Origin: Eledone cirrhosa
Taxonomy: Eukaryota
Reading direction: 5' to 3'
DNA length: 64,000 nucleotides
Assembly: GCA_964016885.1 (NCBI GenBank)
Contig: OZ024747.1
Span: 64,666,001 to 64,730,000, forward strand
Shown: positions 26,984 to 42,024 of the stretch, in pieces
How positions within the stretch are numbered: position 1 is the first letter of the stretch
How the letters are laid out: each line of letters begins with the position of its first letter
The notes under the pieces: model-generated
Told to the model about the DNA's origin: nothing
The model's input: only the letters and a program-made list of their open reading frames with translations
Databases searched by the model: none
Made by a program: the position numbers and the translations under genes

Positions 26984-27204
26984 AACCAATAAACGTAATG
27001 AAGGGGTAACCAATCGTCGTTCTTATCTTATTTAACTATATATACATATATATATATATACACAAATATATAAATATATATATACATATACATATACATA
27101 TATATATACGTATATATATAAATATATATATATATACACATATACATATATATACATATACATATATATACACATATATATACATATACATATATACATA
27201 TATA

Positions 27205-27538
27205 TGGTGGCTGCCAACTCATTTTCGAGTACGGCCACTACTTTATATCCATGTAGGAGAACCCCTACCGATGCTGTGAACGAGTGTGACTTTTTAGTCC
27301 AGCCAGCGACCTGAAAACTCTGGTACAAACACTACACTTGTGACAATTATTGACACATAGTGCTGGGATGTACCATGTGACGACAAATGCAGAGAGATCT
27401 CCAGATATAAAGCAATGCCTGTGCCGTGAAGCTTTTATAGTGAGCAAAGGCACTGCACAAAGCCAGTCCCACTCGCTTAACCAAGATGATATTTACCAAA
27501 AAGAAGAACAAGTCAACATCATTGGATACCGTCAGGGT
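27205..27538 (-). mobile_element. Second, 5'-truncated copy of the bipartite RTE-derived element
   Basis: Reverse complement of ~745-1082. Reads [23 protein letters not shown]. (TA)n flanks. Confidence 0.85.
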
Positions 27539-27569
<31 letters not shown>

Positions 27570-27701
27570 ACATATATATATACATATACATATATATACA
27601 TAGATATATATATATACATATATATATACATATACATATATATACATATATATATACATATACATATATATACATATATATATACATATACATACATATA
27701 C

Positions 27702-27747
<46 letters not shown>

Positions 27748-27823
27748 ACATATACATATATATACATATATATATACATATACATATATATACATATATA
27801 TATACATATATATATACATATAC

Positions 27824-27936
<113 letters not shown>

Positions 27937-28067
27937 TGTGTGTGTATATATATATATATATTTGTTGGTAATTCAACAAATATATAACTGATTTACTATC
28001 CAAGGAAATCTTTAACCGGTAAGGGATCTTTTCCTTGGTCATGTCAACATTTATAAAACAAACTTTG

Positions 28068-28128
28068 TATTATATCTGATGAAAGCGTACCAAGGTTTTT
28101 GTACCCTTGAAATATGTATAAAAGAATA
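28068..28128 (+). ncRNA. Partly decayed hammerhead motif, same family as 21592
   Basis: ctgatga aagcgtac..gtacccttgaa atatgtat a aaagaataaatatggtttta; flanks homologous to 21555-21690. Confidence 0.55.
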
Positions 28129-28174
28129 AATATGGTTTTATAAATATAGTTTCAATTTATTTAATATCATTGTA

Positions 28175-28221
<47 letters not shown>

Positions 28222-28250
28222 GTGTGTATATATATATATGTGTGTGTATA

Positions 28251-28320
<70 letters not shown>

Positions 28321-28350
28321 TATATGTATATATATATATATGTGTGTATA

Positions 28351-28457
<107 letters not shown>

Positions 28458-28462
28458 GTATA

Positions 28463-28561
<99 letters not shown>

Positions 28562-28811
28562 ATAGTAATAATAATAAAATTGAAGACTAAAATCCAAAGA
28601 GGGCTCGATAAGTATCGTCTTCCTGTCTTCCTCCGGTTGCAACGTTTTTTGAAATATCCAGTTCTGCGTTTACAGATTGACTTTGTTAGTTTCAGAAGAT
28701 CCCGTTAAGGGTGAAAGCAGCGATTCTTTGCTTAAACTTTAATCTGTTATTTTAATAAATATATATATGTATATATATATATATATCTATATATATATGT
28801 ATATATATATG

Positions 28812-28844
<33 letters not shown>

Positions 28845-28849
28845 GTATA

Positions 28850-28882
<33 letters not shown>

Positions 28883-30959
28883 GTTTATATATATATGTAT
28901 ATATATATGTGTATATATATATATTTAAACTCTCAATTCCTTTTTTCTTATTAAATTTCTTGCCAAATATTTTAAAGAAATTGATATATTATTTGTTGTT
29001 CCGTTTCATGAAGTGAAATTGAAAACAAAAATGAAATAAAGAAAACTCTTATATGTTTATACGTCCTCATCGATAATTATACGATGCATAGATTTTCAAC
29101 TAAAGAATATTTGTTTTTGGAAATCAATACTTAATTCATAGAAAATAATATCATTAAAATAATTTTGACTGAGGCGATACTTTTGTCACAACCTTTTCTT
29201 AGAAAAACTCGCTACTAATCTGAATAGCAATTTTTTTTTTTTTTTTTTTTTTACTAAAGTAGAATTCAATAGAAAATGAAAATTCCAAGGCCTGACTAAT
29301 GGCAGTTTCGTTTAAATAATAGGATTCCACATAAAATAATTACCAAAAATGTTATTTAATATGATTTTTTGTTCCAATATTAAATAAAAAATAAATATTC
29401 ATCTATGAAATTATCTCATTATTTCTGCTTTTAATTACTATTAACACTGCCAAAATAAATTCTAATACAGCATGCCGCAACCAGTATTAGCATTTTTAAA
29501 ATCACACGGTCCCTCCTCCACTAGTTTCAAGATTATCTGTATTGACACTAGGGTAATTAATAACGGTTACAACAACAAGATGATCGCGGTACCTGTTAAA
29601 GAAAGTAACCAAATATTTCAGAAAATATACGCAGCTGTCTTAAGAGCTAAAATACTTTTAATGTAAACTGGAGTATTGGAAAATCTGATGGGTTGGTTAC
29701 GACTAGGATGCTTTTGCTCATTGTTCTACTAGTTGAAAACCTGTCAATAGTGATCATTGTTCTACTAGTTGAAAACCTGTGATCAATAAGAAGAAACAAT
29801 ATATGGGCTTCGAAAAAGTCTACTAACATTGATATTACCGATAATACTATTCCCAAATTGGCAACGCAAAAACTGACTGAAAGATACAAGATAAACCTCA
29901 ATAAGACCTACAATAACAACATAGAAAACAGAATAACTTTAAACACTATAAGACCAAGACAATTTAGAGAAAAAAATGAATCCAAAATCGATAAAAGAAA
30001 AGAGTACCCTAAAACAATAAGACAGGAAAAAATACGAAGGCAGAAAAATAACAAATAATAACGTTAATATATTCCCTGAAATCATATTTATTGGTTTTCT
30101 GAATAAATCAATAAAAATAGAATATAATATGGATTCTTAATTTGGCGCAGTGAATAATTTCTCTACGCACGTTTGTTTCAATCAGTTTTCATATTCGTAG
30201 ATTAACGTTATTGGTCTATATATTCACCCCATCTCCTACACATAACAAGAATTTTAATTTTAATGTTTTAACAAATGCTTAAATTTTCATCAACTCTATC
30301 AGCTTTTTTTCCTCGCGAACCCATTTAAATAAAACATGTATACATGGTGATATTATTGTTTCATTTTTTCAAAAATGAAACAATAATATTGTTTTCGTAC
30401 GGAGAATGAGGAAAGGATTTCACACCCAATACAATAAATTTATTAAGATAGAAGTTTTTTTTTAAACAGACAACTGTTATAGAAAATATATAATTTTCTT
30501 TCGCTTATTAAACTCAGTTTAAAGACCACAGATTAAGGACCACATTGAATGACCAAATGTGGAAGTCTCTACATAGATATTTCGCAAAATAAAGACAGCA
30601 ACATTACCCCTCCACTCACATTAAACTTTATCATGTGAAAGAAAATACATCATCCAATGTAGACCCAATGCACAATCATTAAAAATGAATACACGATATT
30701 CACAAGTTGAGTTTCTTTTATTATAGCTCTCCGGGAATAATGTTGCCATAGTGCAATATTCATCCAGTGAGCCCTTCAATTTTACCTAGCAACATTTAAT
30801 TAAAATTATCGGAACATTTCCCACAAAACAAAAATACGGAGCTTTAGGATGGCTCGTAATAGTATCAGGTTGTTCGCTCCAGCATAGCTGTATACATAGA
30901 TATATGTAAAGATTGATATCGACTAATATACAATATGTTCACGAATAAACATTTGAAAG

Positions 30960-31450
30960 CGAGTTGCTGATTTACATCAATCCGCTTTTGGTGCAGGTGA
31001 GAGGATCCTGAACAGAGCAGGTTGAAATGCTGACCGGACTCTGGTGTAAGATTTTATGTCACGGAGGTGAGCTAAACGAGATTTCTCAAAGTTCTTTATA
31101 CCTTCGTGGCAGATGGTTCTCCATCTTTTACGGTTGGCAGTCATGGCTTCAAGCGAAGAAAGCGGTACGTTGACCGACTTAAGATTGTACTTCAGTTTAT
31201 TCTTATATCGAAATAGTTGTCTGCCCACGCTAAGCACACCATCCTTGAGCTGACTGTGCAACAGTATCCCGGGTGTGCGGTCCTCAGACTTCTGAAGGAC
31301 ATGACTAGCCTATCTGAGTTGAGATGGCATCAGAAATGACTCAATCCCTCGAATGTTGCACTTTCTGAACATTTCAGGATTGGAGACTCTGTCAGAATAT
31401 CCATATCCACAGACAGAACAAAGACAGTGTTTGGAAGGCATCAAGCTTAT
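30960..31450 (-). pseudogene. Decayed RTE (BovB-like) LINE 3' fragment
   Basis: IESFLMPSQLR and SQLKDG..GRQLFRYKNKLKYNLK..ANRKRWRTICHEG motifs. Confidence 0.78.
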
Positions 31451-31461
31451 GTATGTGAGTG

Positions 31462-31560
<99 letters not shown>

Positions 31561-31683
31561 CAAATAGTAGATATCTCACTGAAAAGAATCTGTTCAACAT
31601 TATCTATTTTCTACTGAAAGAATCTTTTTTCTTCTACTATTTGTTTATATATATATATCAACTCGTGTGTTAGTTTCCTACAT

Positions 31684-31741
<58 letters not shown>

Positions 31742-32510
31742 AGTTCTGGTAAACAGAGAGAAGTTAAAGTTCTGATCATAGCACAAATAAAACATGCTAT
31801 GACTGCATATAAAGCAGGATTCGAAACCTTTCATATTTCTATAGAAAAGTATATATTTACATACAATGCGTAAAAATATCTCGTTTCCTTTCATAGATAC
31901 CGACATAGATTATTACTTCAAAACACTGGCGATCTCATGTAAACACATTCCATAAAACATATATCTAATTATATACTTTTTTACTTTAAAATACGATGGC
32001 TGTGAACCAGTTTGATCATACTGTAAAACAATAAAGTAGTAGAATAATTAGAATGCATGTTTCCACAAATCAATAAAATGGAAAATAAAACAGATATTTT
32101 TATATCAGTTGGGATTTCTTGTGATAAAGCTAATATTTGTGTCTAAATATTCCGATAATTCATTTTGTATGTATATTATCATTATAATTTTAATAGCCTT
32201 CCAAACTATACCACCAATTGGATTTGACATAATCACAGCCAGATAAGGATGACGTTGCCAAATTTACAGACCTATCGTTCTTTATAGAGATTTTCCTGTC
32301 ATGCGTTATCTATGTTTAACAGCCAAGTGAGAGGAATAATTTCAGTGCTGTGTTTAGCCCCAGATTGAATATAGTTCCAGTGAAATAGTTGAAATAATAC
32401 AAAATACAGACCTCTCACGTAGAGATATCTACTAAGCAGACGATATGGCTTTCGGCCCATTGTGTGTATATGCACTAATATATACGTGATAAAGAAACGC
32501 AATCAGATGT

Positions 32511-32586
<76 letters not shown>

Positions 32587-32716
32587 GGCCGGTGTATGTG
32601 GGTACGTGAGTGTGTTTTTATTTGTGTGTATATAGCCGCACACTACTGACTGAAGTAAGGAATAATAATGACATAAACACACACTCACACACATATATAT
32701 AAGTATATATATGTAA

Positions 32717-32760
<44 letters not shown>

Positions 32761-32800
32761 TAATAATAATTATCATTATTATTATTATTATTATTATTAT

Positions 32801-35148
32801 TGTTCTTTGAGTCTCAGTCATTGATGTTAGTTAACTGGAAAGTTTGTTGAAATGAATATCAAGCCACTACATGCAGCCTCAGATATTCCGGACGTATCGG
32901 ACGGTTCTTGCTGTTCTCAGCAAGCATGCCTTTTGAAGTGTTCCAAAAAGCGGGGCGGGACCAATTTTCTTTAACCATCCCTGGAAACTCTTTGAGATAG
33001 TAGCTAGTGCGCCTATAACCATCGGGACCACTTTGAATTCATCGCAGTTTCAAATCCTTTTTACTTCCCGCTTTAAGTCCTGGTATCGGTTAATTTTCTC
33101 CCTCTCCTTCTCTTGCTCTCTCGTGTCGAATGGGCAGGCCACATCCACAATCAGGCACGATTTTTTTTCCTTGTCCAAAACTACCAGGTCAGGTCTATTG
33201 TGTTCCAGTTTCTTTTCGGTCTGTATCCTAAAATCCCACAGCACCTTCACCTGATCGTTTTCTATCACCGACTCTGGCTTATGCTCACACTACTTCTCAG
33301 AATGTGGTAAATTGTTTACTTTGCATAGGTGCCAGTGGATCACCCTGGCTGGAGACATGTTATGATGGCATAACATGTCTCCAGCCTTTATAGCCAGTCT
33401 GGGCTAGGTGTTTACACTCGGATACAATGTGAGCTACAGTCTCCTCTCTCTCTCCACAAATCATACACAGTGGGCTAGCCTCCTTGTAAATATGGTGTTT
33501 CAGCCACTTCATTTTGAGGGCCTGCTCTTGCGCAGCCATTAGCATTCCATCTGTAGCCTTTTTAAGGTCTCCTCTTTTCAACCAGTTCCATGTCTGTGGA
33601 TCTCTGAATTCAGGATTTCTAAAAGAACGTACTATGAAGGGATTTTTCATGAAGGTTGCTCTTTCCCCCTGTTGTTATTTCCTCCTTGGACATCCCTGGT
33701 CTATTGCCCTCTCCTTCACTACAATTCTGAGCATTGGCTCCCTACTATCAGTCACGTATTTGTGTAGGTTGTTTTTCTCCATCTGAACACAGTCCTCTAT
33801 GCTGATAAGACCTCTTCCACCTTCAGATCTCCTTAAGTAGAGTCTATCGACATCACTCCTCTTATGGAACATGTTGTAGATAGTCAATAGCTTCCTAATC
33901 TTCCTATCCATTTCTTTTTGTTCAGCAACATTCATTCTCAGAATTCCCGCACTGTACCTAATAATAGACACAGCTTGGGAATTTACTGCACTTATGGCAT
34001 TCCTACTGTTCACATGTGATTTTAATACGATCCTTACTCTCCGAATGTATTCAGATCTTATCAATTCCTTCATTTTTTTTTTGTTCTTTATGTCATCAGC
34101 CTCCAGAACACCTAAATATGTGTATCCTTCTTCAGTGTCAATTTCCTTTATCATCTCACCTGTTGGTACCTGGATTCCGTTACTTCTGCTCAATTTACCT
34201 CTCTTCATCACAAGGACTCCACACTTACTAATACCAAATTGCATACATATATCATTGCTGAAAATACGGACAGTGTCAACAAGCACATCCACCTCCTTCT
34301 CACTCTTCCCGAAGAGCTTAAGATCGTCAATGAAGAGGAGGTGATTGATGGTAAGCTCTCCCTTTCCCAACTTGTATCCTGCTCTCACTTTTCGCAGTAT
34401 AATGGTCAGGGGCATCAGGGCAAGGAAAAACAACAGATGGGTAGACTATCTCCATGGAAGATACCTCTCTTGATCTTCATGCTTCCCAAGGATTCTCCAG
34501 CCGATGTTAACTCTGTTTTCCAGGACTTCATACTTTTGCTCAACAACTGTCTGTTGTTATCTACCACCTTGAAGATCTCTAGGCTTTTGGTGATCCAAGA
34601 ATGAGGCACCATGTCAAATGCCTCTTTGTAGTCTATCCATCCCATGGCAAGACCAGTGTGTCTCCTCTTGCAATTCGTCATTACCATCTTATCAATAAGT
34701 AACTGGTCCTTTGTACCACGAGATGCTATCGGCATCCTTTCTGTTCGTCCAGTAACAAGTTGTTGTGTGGAGGTGATGGTAGATTTCCTCAGACACAATG
34801 CTTGTCAACAGTTTCCACATTACAGACAGACATGTGACAGGTCTATAGTTGGTAACATCATTACCCTTGATTCGTTCTTTCGTTACCAGAACTGTGGTAC
34901 CTTTTGTCATCCACTCTGGTACCTCACCTGACATCAAGCAGTCATTGAACATGGTTGTCAGTTTCGGGTGGAGGGATGTTATATTTTTAATCCAATACTC
35001 CTGCACACCATCTGGGCCTGGTGATTTCAAGTTGGTTAGTTTTTTGGCCTGCCCCTTAAGAGTTTTAACTGTGAAACTCAAATCAGTTTGTTGCTGTGCC
35101 TGTTCACTAATCTCCTCTTGTACTGTCTCAATCCACACTGCCTGGTCA
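32801..35148 (-). mobile_element. 5'-truncated, frameshifted R4/Dong-type LINE (RT + CCHC + RLE endonuclease), family A
   Basis: [61 protein letters not shown] and NRPDLVV..DVACP..EK..RY motifs. (TTA)n at both ends. Confidence 0.93.
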
Positions 35149-35173
35149 TTATTATTATTATTATTATACGCAA

Positions 35174-35564
35174 GGGCGTTGGATTGGCAGTATCGGTAGA
35201 GGGTCGGACGCCATGCTTTCCAGCATAGTTACGTCCCTTTACGATCTGAGTTCAAATCCCGCCGAGGTTGACTTTGCCTTTCATCCTTACGGGGTCGATA
35301 AAATAAAGTACCAGCAATACACTGGGTAATTGCTGGCCTTGTGCCTAAAGTAGAAACAATTATTATTATTATTATTATTATTATTTCTACTTTTGGCACA
35401 AGGCCAGCAATTATACCAGTGTATTACTGGTATTTTATTTTATCGACCCCCGTAAGGACGAAAGGCAAAGTAACCACGACGGGATTTGAACTCAGATCAT
35501 AAAGGGTTGTAACTCTATGCTGAAAATCATGGCGTCATACCCTTTACCGATACTGCCAATCCAC
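35174..35564. mobile_element. Tail-to-tail SINE pair (35174-35362 +, 35383-35564 -) sharing an (ATT)n tract
   Basis: Both match the 21176 consensus. Confidence 0.9.
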
Positions 35565-35911
35565 AATAATGATGATGATCTTGATGATAATAATAATACA
35601 TGGGTACGAAGTATCAATCTAACATTAATATATATATATATCCATGCATGACGTGAGTTTCGCAATCGACTAGCTTAATGTACGATGTGTACTGATCTGG
35701 CCCAACTCTGAAATCGATAGATCACCAAATTTGTGGCTGTTCGAACGAATGTGATCGTACACTGAATTGGTCGATTATAAAAATATATGTATTGTCACTT
35801 CCTTCCCGCTTATGATTGTTATTAACACTCTGCTAGTTACCGATGCCAAAACTGTTGATGTATCTGTAATCTAACGTTACATACAAACACCCTACACAAA
35901 CACACAAACAC

Positions 35912-35976
<65 letters not shown>

Positions 35977-36082
35977 CGTGTGTGTGTGTGTGTGTGTGTA
36001 AAAGATAAACAGAAATAACATCACAATCGGTACATTATATGGAGGCATATGTAAGGTTAACGCAGAAATATCAGGAAGAGGG

Positions 36083-36118
36083 TCTTAATGTTTCGGACGC
36101 TAGTCCTTCATCAGAAGA
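36083..36118 (-). ncRNA. Compact hammerhead-like motif
   Basis: Minus strand: UCUU CUGAUGA a GGAC uagc GUCC GAA ACAU U AAGA. Stem III is probably CpG-decayed from ACGU. Confidence 0.6.
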
Positions 36119-36257
36119 AAGAATGAGAAATTACATAGATTGAAGGGACGGGCGGAGTGGAATTGGAAAAAATGTATTCAGATAAAAATAACACGACCAT
36201 TCATGTTGCCATTACTTATATATATATATAGATAGATATATATAATATATATATATT

Positions 36258-37475
<1,218 letters not shown>

Positions 37476-37716
37476 TCTTCCACTCTTTCGCTCTCTGTGA
37501 AATGCCATCTAATTCCATGGCATACATCCAGTTCTATATCGGATGGCACAAGGAATATATTCTTCAATCATATTATGTAGAAAAATAAATGAATAACTGT
37601 AGTGTCCAACTCATTGTCGTCGATCCCTCATAGAATTTTTGTTTACTCAGCCTCATGCTGTTGATACCGTATCTGCCTGTCTCATAATATATCTTAATTA
37701 TATCCACTTAAATAGT

Positions 37717-38262
37717 CTTCTTCGCCCACTTACTCCTGAGAGGGCCGTTGGGCAGTGTCCTCAAACACTCCCTCCAACAGGTTATGCACAAGCTACCATC
37801 TCCAACTGATCCCGTTGGATCTCCAAGCGTGCCTAACCAAGTTCATGGATGTTATACAATCGTGTTACTCGGGGTCTACACCTGGGCCGGTTGGTTTTGT
37901 CCGTAATATCTGTCCAGCGTGTCTTTCATTAGACATTCGAACCACATGTTCATAGCTACGTAGCTGTGATTTCTGAATTCGGAGAAGTAGCGGCTCTACC
38001 TGGAGAGACTCTCTGATATCTGAGCTATGCACTTTATCGAGCAACGTTACTCCAAAGACCCTTTTCAAGAACTCCATTTCGGCCGCTTGTATTCGCGATG
38101 GTATTCTTTCGGTCATTTCCCAAGATTCATGACCATAGCTAAGGGTTGGTAGGAAAACCGAACTGAAGATCGCAATTTTGGCTTTTACGGCTACCTTCCT
38201 TCTTCTGATTACTGAATACTGAAGCTGGCGTATTACTGCACCAGCTTTTCCATATCTTGCAC
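37717..38262 (-). pseudogene. RTE-clade LINE 3' fragment (same family as 5790-6780)
   Basis: SRIQAAEMEFLKRVFGVTLLDKVHSSDIRESLQVEPLLLRI; GAA tail. Confidence 0.9.
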
Positions 38263-40009
38263 TTAGAAATGGAGCCGTGAAGATGAGAAACGCTCTAGAA
38301 AGAAATTGTAGTTATTATTCATGGGAACGGTGATAAATATAGTTTTAATTTTCTGTATTTGTGTGGGTAGCCGTGGTAAGATGTTAGCATGTTGGAGAAT
38401 TTACATCATCCATACACGTATCCTGCCTCTCTCATGGTTATTTAACTCTTACGATATTCAGAACGACGGGGTGTGTCTATCATGTCTCTTGTTTATTGTT
38501 AGAAGAAATGAGCTATTGGCTGTAATGTGTATTCATGAAATATACACCGCTTAGCCGTGTAAAGAGATCTTGTATTGACATTTTGGCTTGTATTCCAACA
38601 ACCGATCAACCTGTGCTCACCGTGACTCCTGAACATCCGGTTTATGTGAAGATTGAGTAATTCAACCTGAATTCATAGCCGTCGTCTTTTCATCTTGTTT
38701 CCGTGCTGCATAAGAATTTAATCAATATCATTGTATAACAACACTTTACGGTTTACGATAAATAATCTCTTTCTTTCTACTCAGCTAAACTCGATGTTTC
38801 TCTTATCGACAATTCGAAATGTAAACAGGCTTCCGTAACTTAGAAACTTGTAATGTTTGAAATATTTTCTTGACGACAGAAATGGAAATACGACTTCCTA
38901 TATTGCTGATCAAACAACTGAACTACGGAGATTACAACTTTCTCAATAATATATTTAATAAATAGTTTACATGGCTTTATCAAACTGAAGTAGGATGGGT
39001 ATGCAACAAATAGCAACTACAAATTGAATAAAGGTTTCAGGAAGCTCTTCCAGTCTATCGTCTCTAATTTGTAAACCTTTTGATACCGAACAGCTTGAAA
39101 TCTTTCCTGTTTCTATGATACAGGGCCATTTATTTCAAAGTGGTTATATTCATCTAAAAGCCTTCCATCAGAATTTTGTCAGAATTTTTCTTCGAATACG
39201 TTTTAAGCAGTAACTTAATTACAAGTTATATTATTAAATCTCTTCAAAGTTTTTATTATTTTCAAAATTATCTGAAAATTATAGGTAGCATCTTTCGGTA
39301 TAAATATAGTAACAAACGTTTTAAACTAACCTCATATTCATAAAATCACCTTAGCCAGTGCATTTCATTATAAATACGACGAGGTAAGCGTAGGAAAAAA
39401 ACATTACAATATAGTAGTCATACATTACGTCGACTATGATAGTATAAACAATGTGTGATAACGTTATAATCGGATTGCAGTAAATGATATTATAAAATAT
39501 AATTTCCCTCTTTAAACTCTATATAAAATAAGTAGCACACCATATGCAATGTGATGGCGTGGATGTTATCCTATTCAATGATTTTAACATTGATGTCAGT
39601 CCAATATCATTGTTATTATGATAAGAAGATTTAGAAGGTAACATGTAGAATCGTTAAAGCATCGAATATAACGCTCTCCGACATTTGTATCTGCTCTTGA
39701 CATTTTGAGTTCGAATCCAGCCGAAGTCAACTTTTGATTTCATCATTCTGGGTTCGAATTTCCTTTACTACCAAATTCTTCGTCTTATGCCTAACTTAGA
39801 AATAATTAATAGTTTTTGCAAATATAAGCACCAGACCAATAATGTTGAGGGAGGAGAAAGTCAATGAAATCGTCCCCGGTTCTTGAGTGGTACATAAATG
39901 TATCGACTCTAGAGGGATTTGAATTTAGAAAGGTGGAATAATTATTGTGAAATTTTTGTCCGACGCCACCTTAATGACTGCCAGTCCACTACCTTAGACA
40001 TTGTTAGTA

Positions 40010-40219
40010 ATAATTGTTTCCACTTTAGACACAAGCCTGTAAATTTAAGGGGAGGGGAAAGTCGATTAAATCGACTCCAGTGCATTATTTATCGACCCCG
40101 TAAGGATGAAAGGCAAAGCTAACCTCGTCGGGATTTGAAATCAGATTCTAAATGGTTGTAACTCTCTGCTGCGAAGCATGTTAACCGACGCTCTAGCGAT
40201 TCTGCAAATCGACCGCCCT
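40010..40219 (-). mobile_element. tRNA-type SINE (with older decayed copies at ~39635-39995)
   Basis: atcgaccccgtaaggatgaaaggcaaag..gggatttgaa..ccgccc. Confidence 0.85.
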
Positions 40220-41493
40220 AGAAATTGTTTGTAATAATAAGATTGTGAAATACTTCCATTTGTTTCTTTTAGGGCATGGATTTATATCATGGCAGTGTAA
40301 GACTAGGAGAATTCTGCTAGAGATTAATGTTTGTTCAATTGAATCAACCCCTAGATCATGTATACACAGATTGCAAGAGGGAATACAGGCAGCTGGAATT
40401 GTTGGAAATTACGTGAGATTTGTAAATCACTTAGTTTCGCTAGGATTATTCAAAAGAATAATGCAGATAAATCGCTGAGTTTCGCCTGGGTTGTTTAAAA
40501 CAAGTTACGTAAATCGTTTAATTTGGGGAAAAACACGTCAATAAAGTATGGGAGGAAAATCTAGAAAACCAGCTATGTACAAAATAAACAATCCCCTTTG
40601 ATAAATATTGTATTATTGGAAATCAGAATAGATAGAGTGTTTTATTATTTGAGTAAGAAAAGGTTCTGTTGGTCCTATGTTTTTTATGAAAATTGTTGAA
40701 GGAAAATTGTATCGGGAAATCAGCACCGTTCTTGGTTTAATACGAAGTGGCCATTGTTCATTGATTATTTCATGCAAATATCGCATTTTTTCCCTCATAA
40801 TAACATTATACTAATAGTAATATTGTGTATATTTAAATCAGAAACTCCTGGCGAATCTTTGATTTTTGAAGGGAATTACCGTTACATTGATATTTCAATG
40901 GCTCCGTATGTAATATATTTTACGCGATTCACATTTCGCTGTGATAATCAGCTTTTTTTTTTTTTTTTTTTGGTTAATTTGTTTCTTTTTACGAATCTCC
41001 TTGGTATCGCTAAACAATAAATCTATTCTCAAATCAACGTTGCTGAAATAAAATAAACAAAACACATGGAATAATACTATTCGATGTTGTGGGGTATATT
41101 CAAACGTGTTTGGAGGGTTTGTTTTTATTTATAAACCTCAAAGGTTTGCGAAAGGTGTCAAAATAGACACGTTGTTTTTATTTCAAATATTGTTTCTCAC
41201 CTATCCCATTTTTACTAAAGATACTTTTCGCACATTTAACAAAGTAATGAATACTATTTTATGATATTTGTATCATTTTCATGAGCATTTACAGTAAAGA
41301 TAAATGGAGAAATGTTCATGACTTTATTAGAACAGGTTAGATTATTTCATTCACTCAATTACTTATAAAGAAGCAATCGCATTACAGAGTTCCATAGAAT
41401 ATAGGTTTCTTTTATATTTAAGTAAATAACATTAAACCATAAAGCGAGATACGCATATATACTGTAATTAATTGCGTATAACATACACCATAT

Positions 41494-41580
<87 letters not shown>

Positions 41581-41647
41581 AAAAAGAGATGAAATCGAAA
41601 ATGCAACTGGAGCCTTATTTAAAAAAAAAAAAAATATTTATTTGGTT

Positions 41648-41685
41648 CCTTTACCGGTTTCGCAGTTCTTCTGCTTTTCAAAAGG
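41648..41685 (-). ncRNA. Minimal hammerhead with U3-A8 core variant
   Basis: Minus strand: CCUU UUGAAAA GCAG aagaa CUGC GAA ACCGGU A AAGG, then AAUAAA. Confidence 0.7.
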
Positions 41686-41742
41686 TGAGTTGAGATGGAG
41701 GGTCTGTGGTTTTTCTCACATCTGGTTGGTCTCTGAATGTTA

Positions 41743-41815
<73 letters not shown>

Positions 41816-41886
41816 AAAAAGAGATGAAATCGAAAATGCAACTGCAGTCTTATTTATTTTTTTTAAATATATATATTTATTTGGTT

Positions 41887-41923
41887 CCTTTACCGGTTTC
41901 GCAGTTCTCCTGCTTTTCAAAGG
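41887..41923 (-). ncRNA. Second U3-A8 hammerhead copy (1-nt shorter stem I arm)
   Basis: CCU UUGAAAA GCAG gagaa CUGC GAA ACCGGU A AAGG. Confidence 0.58.
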
Positions 41924-42024
41924 TGAGTTGAGATGGAGGGTCTATGGTTTTTCTCACATCTGCGAAACCGGTAAAGGAACCAAATAAATATATATATTTA
42001 AAAAAAAAAATAAGACTCCAGTTG

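Larger units (their letters stand above)
25151..27040 (-). mobile_element. 5'-truncated Penelope-like element with inverted terminal repeats
   Basis: GIY-YIG remnant. ~250-bp arms 25251-25500 and 26791-27040 are inverted. HHR and AATAAA in the arms. (TA)n on both sides. Confidence 0.88.

Noticed and set aside
35664-35776. Imperfect 23-bp inverted repeat
   Set aside because: Probably a decayed MITE; single copy here with no definable ends.
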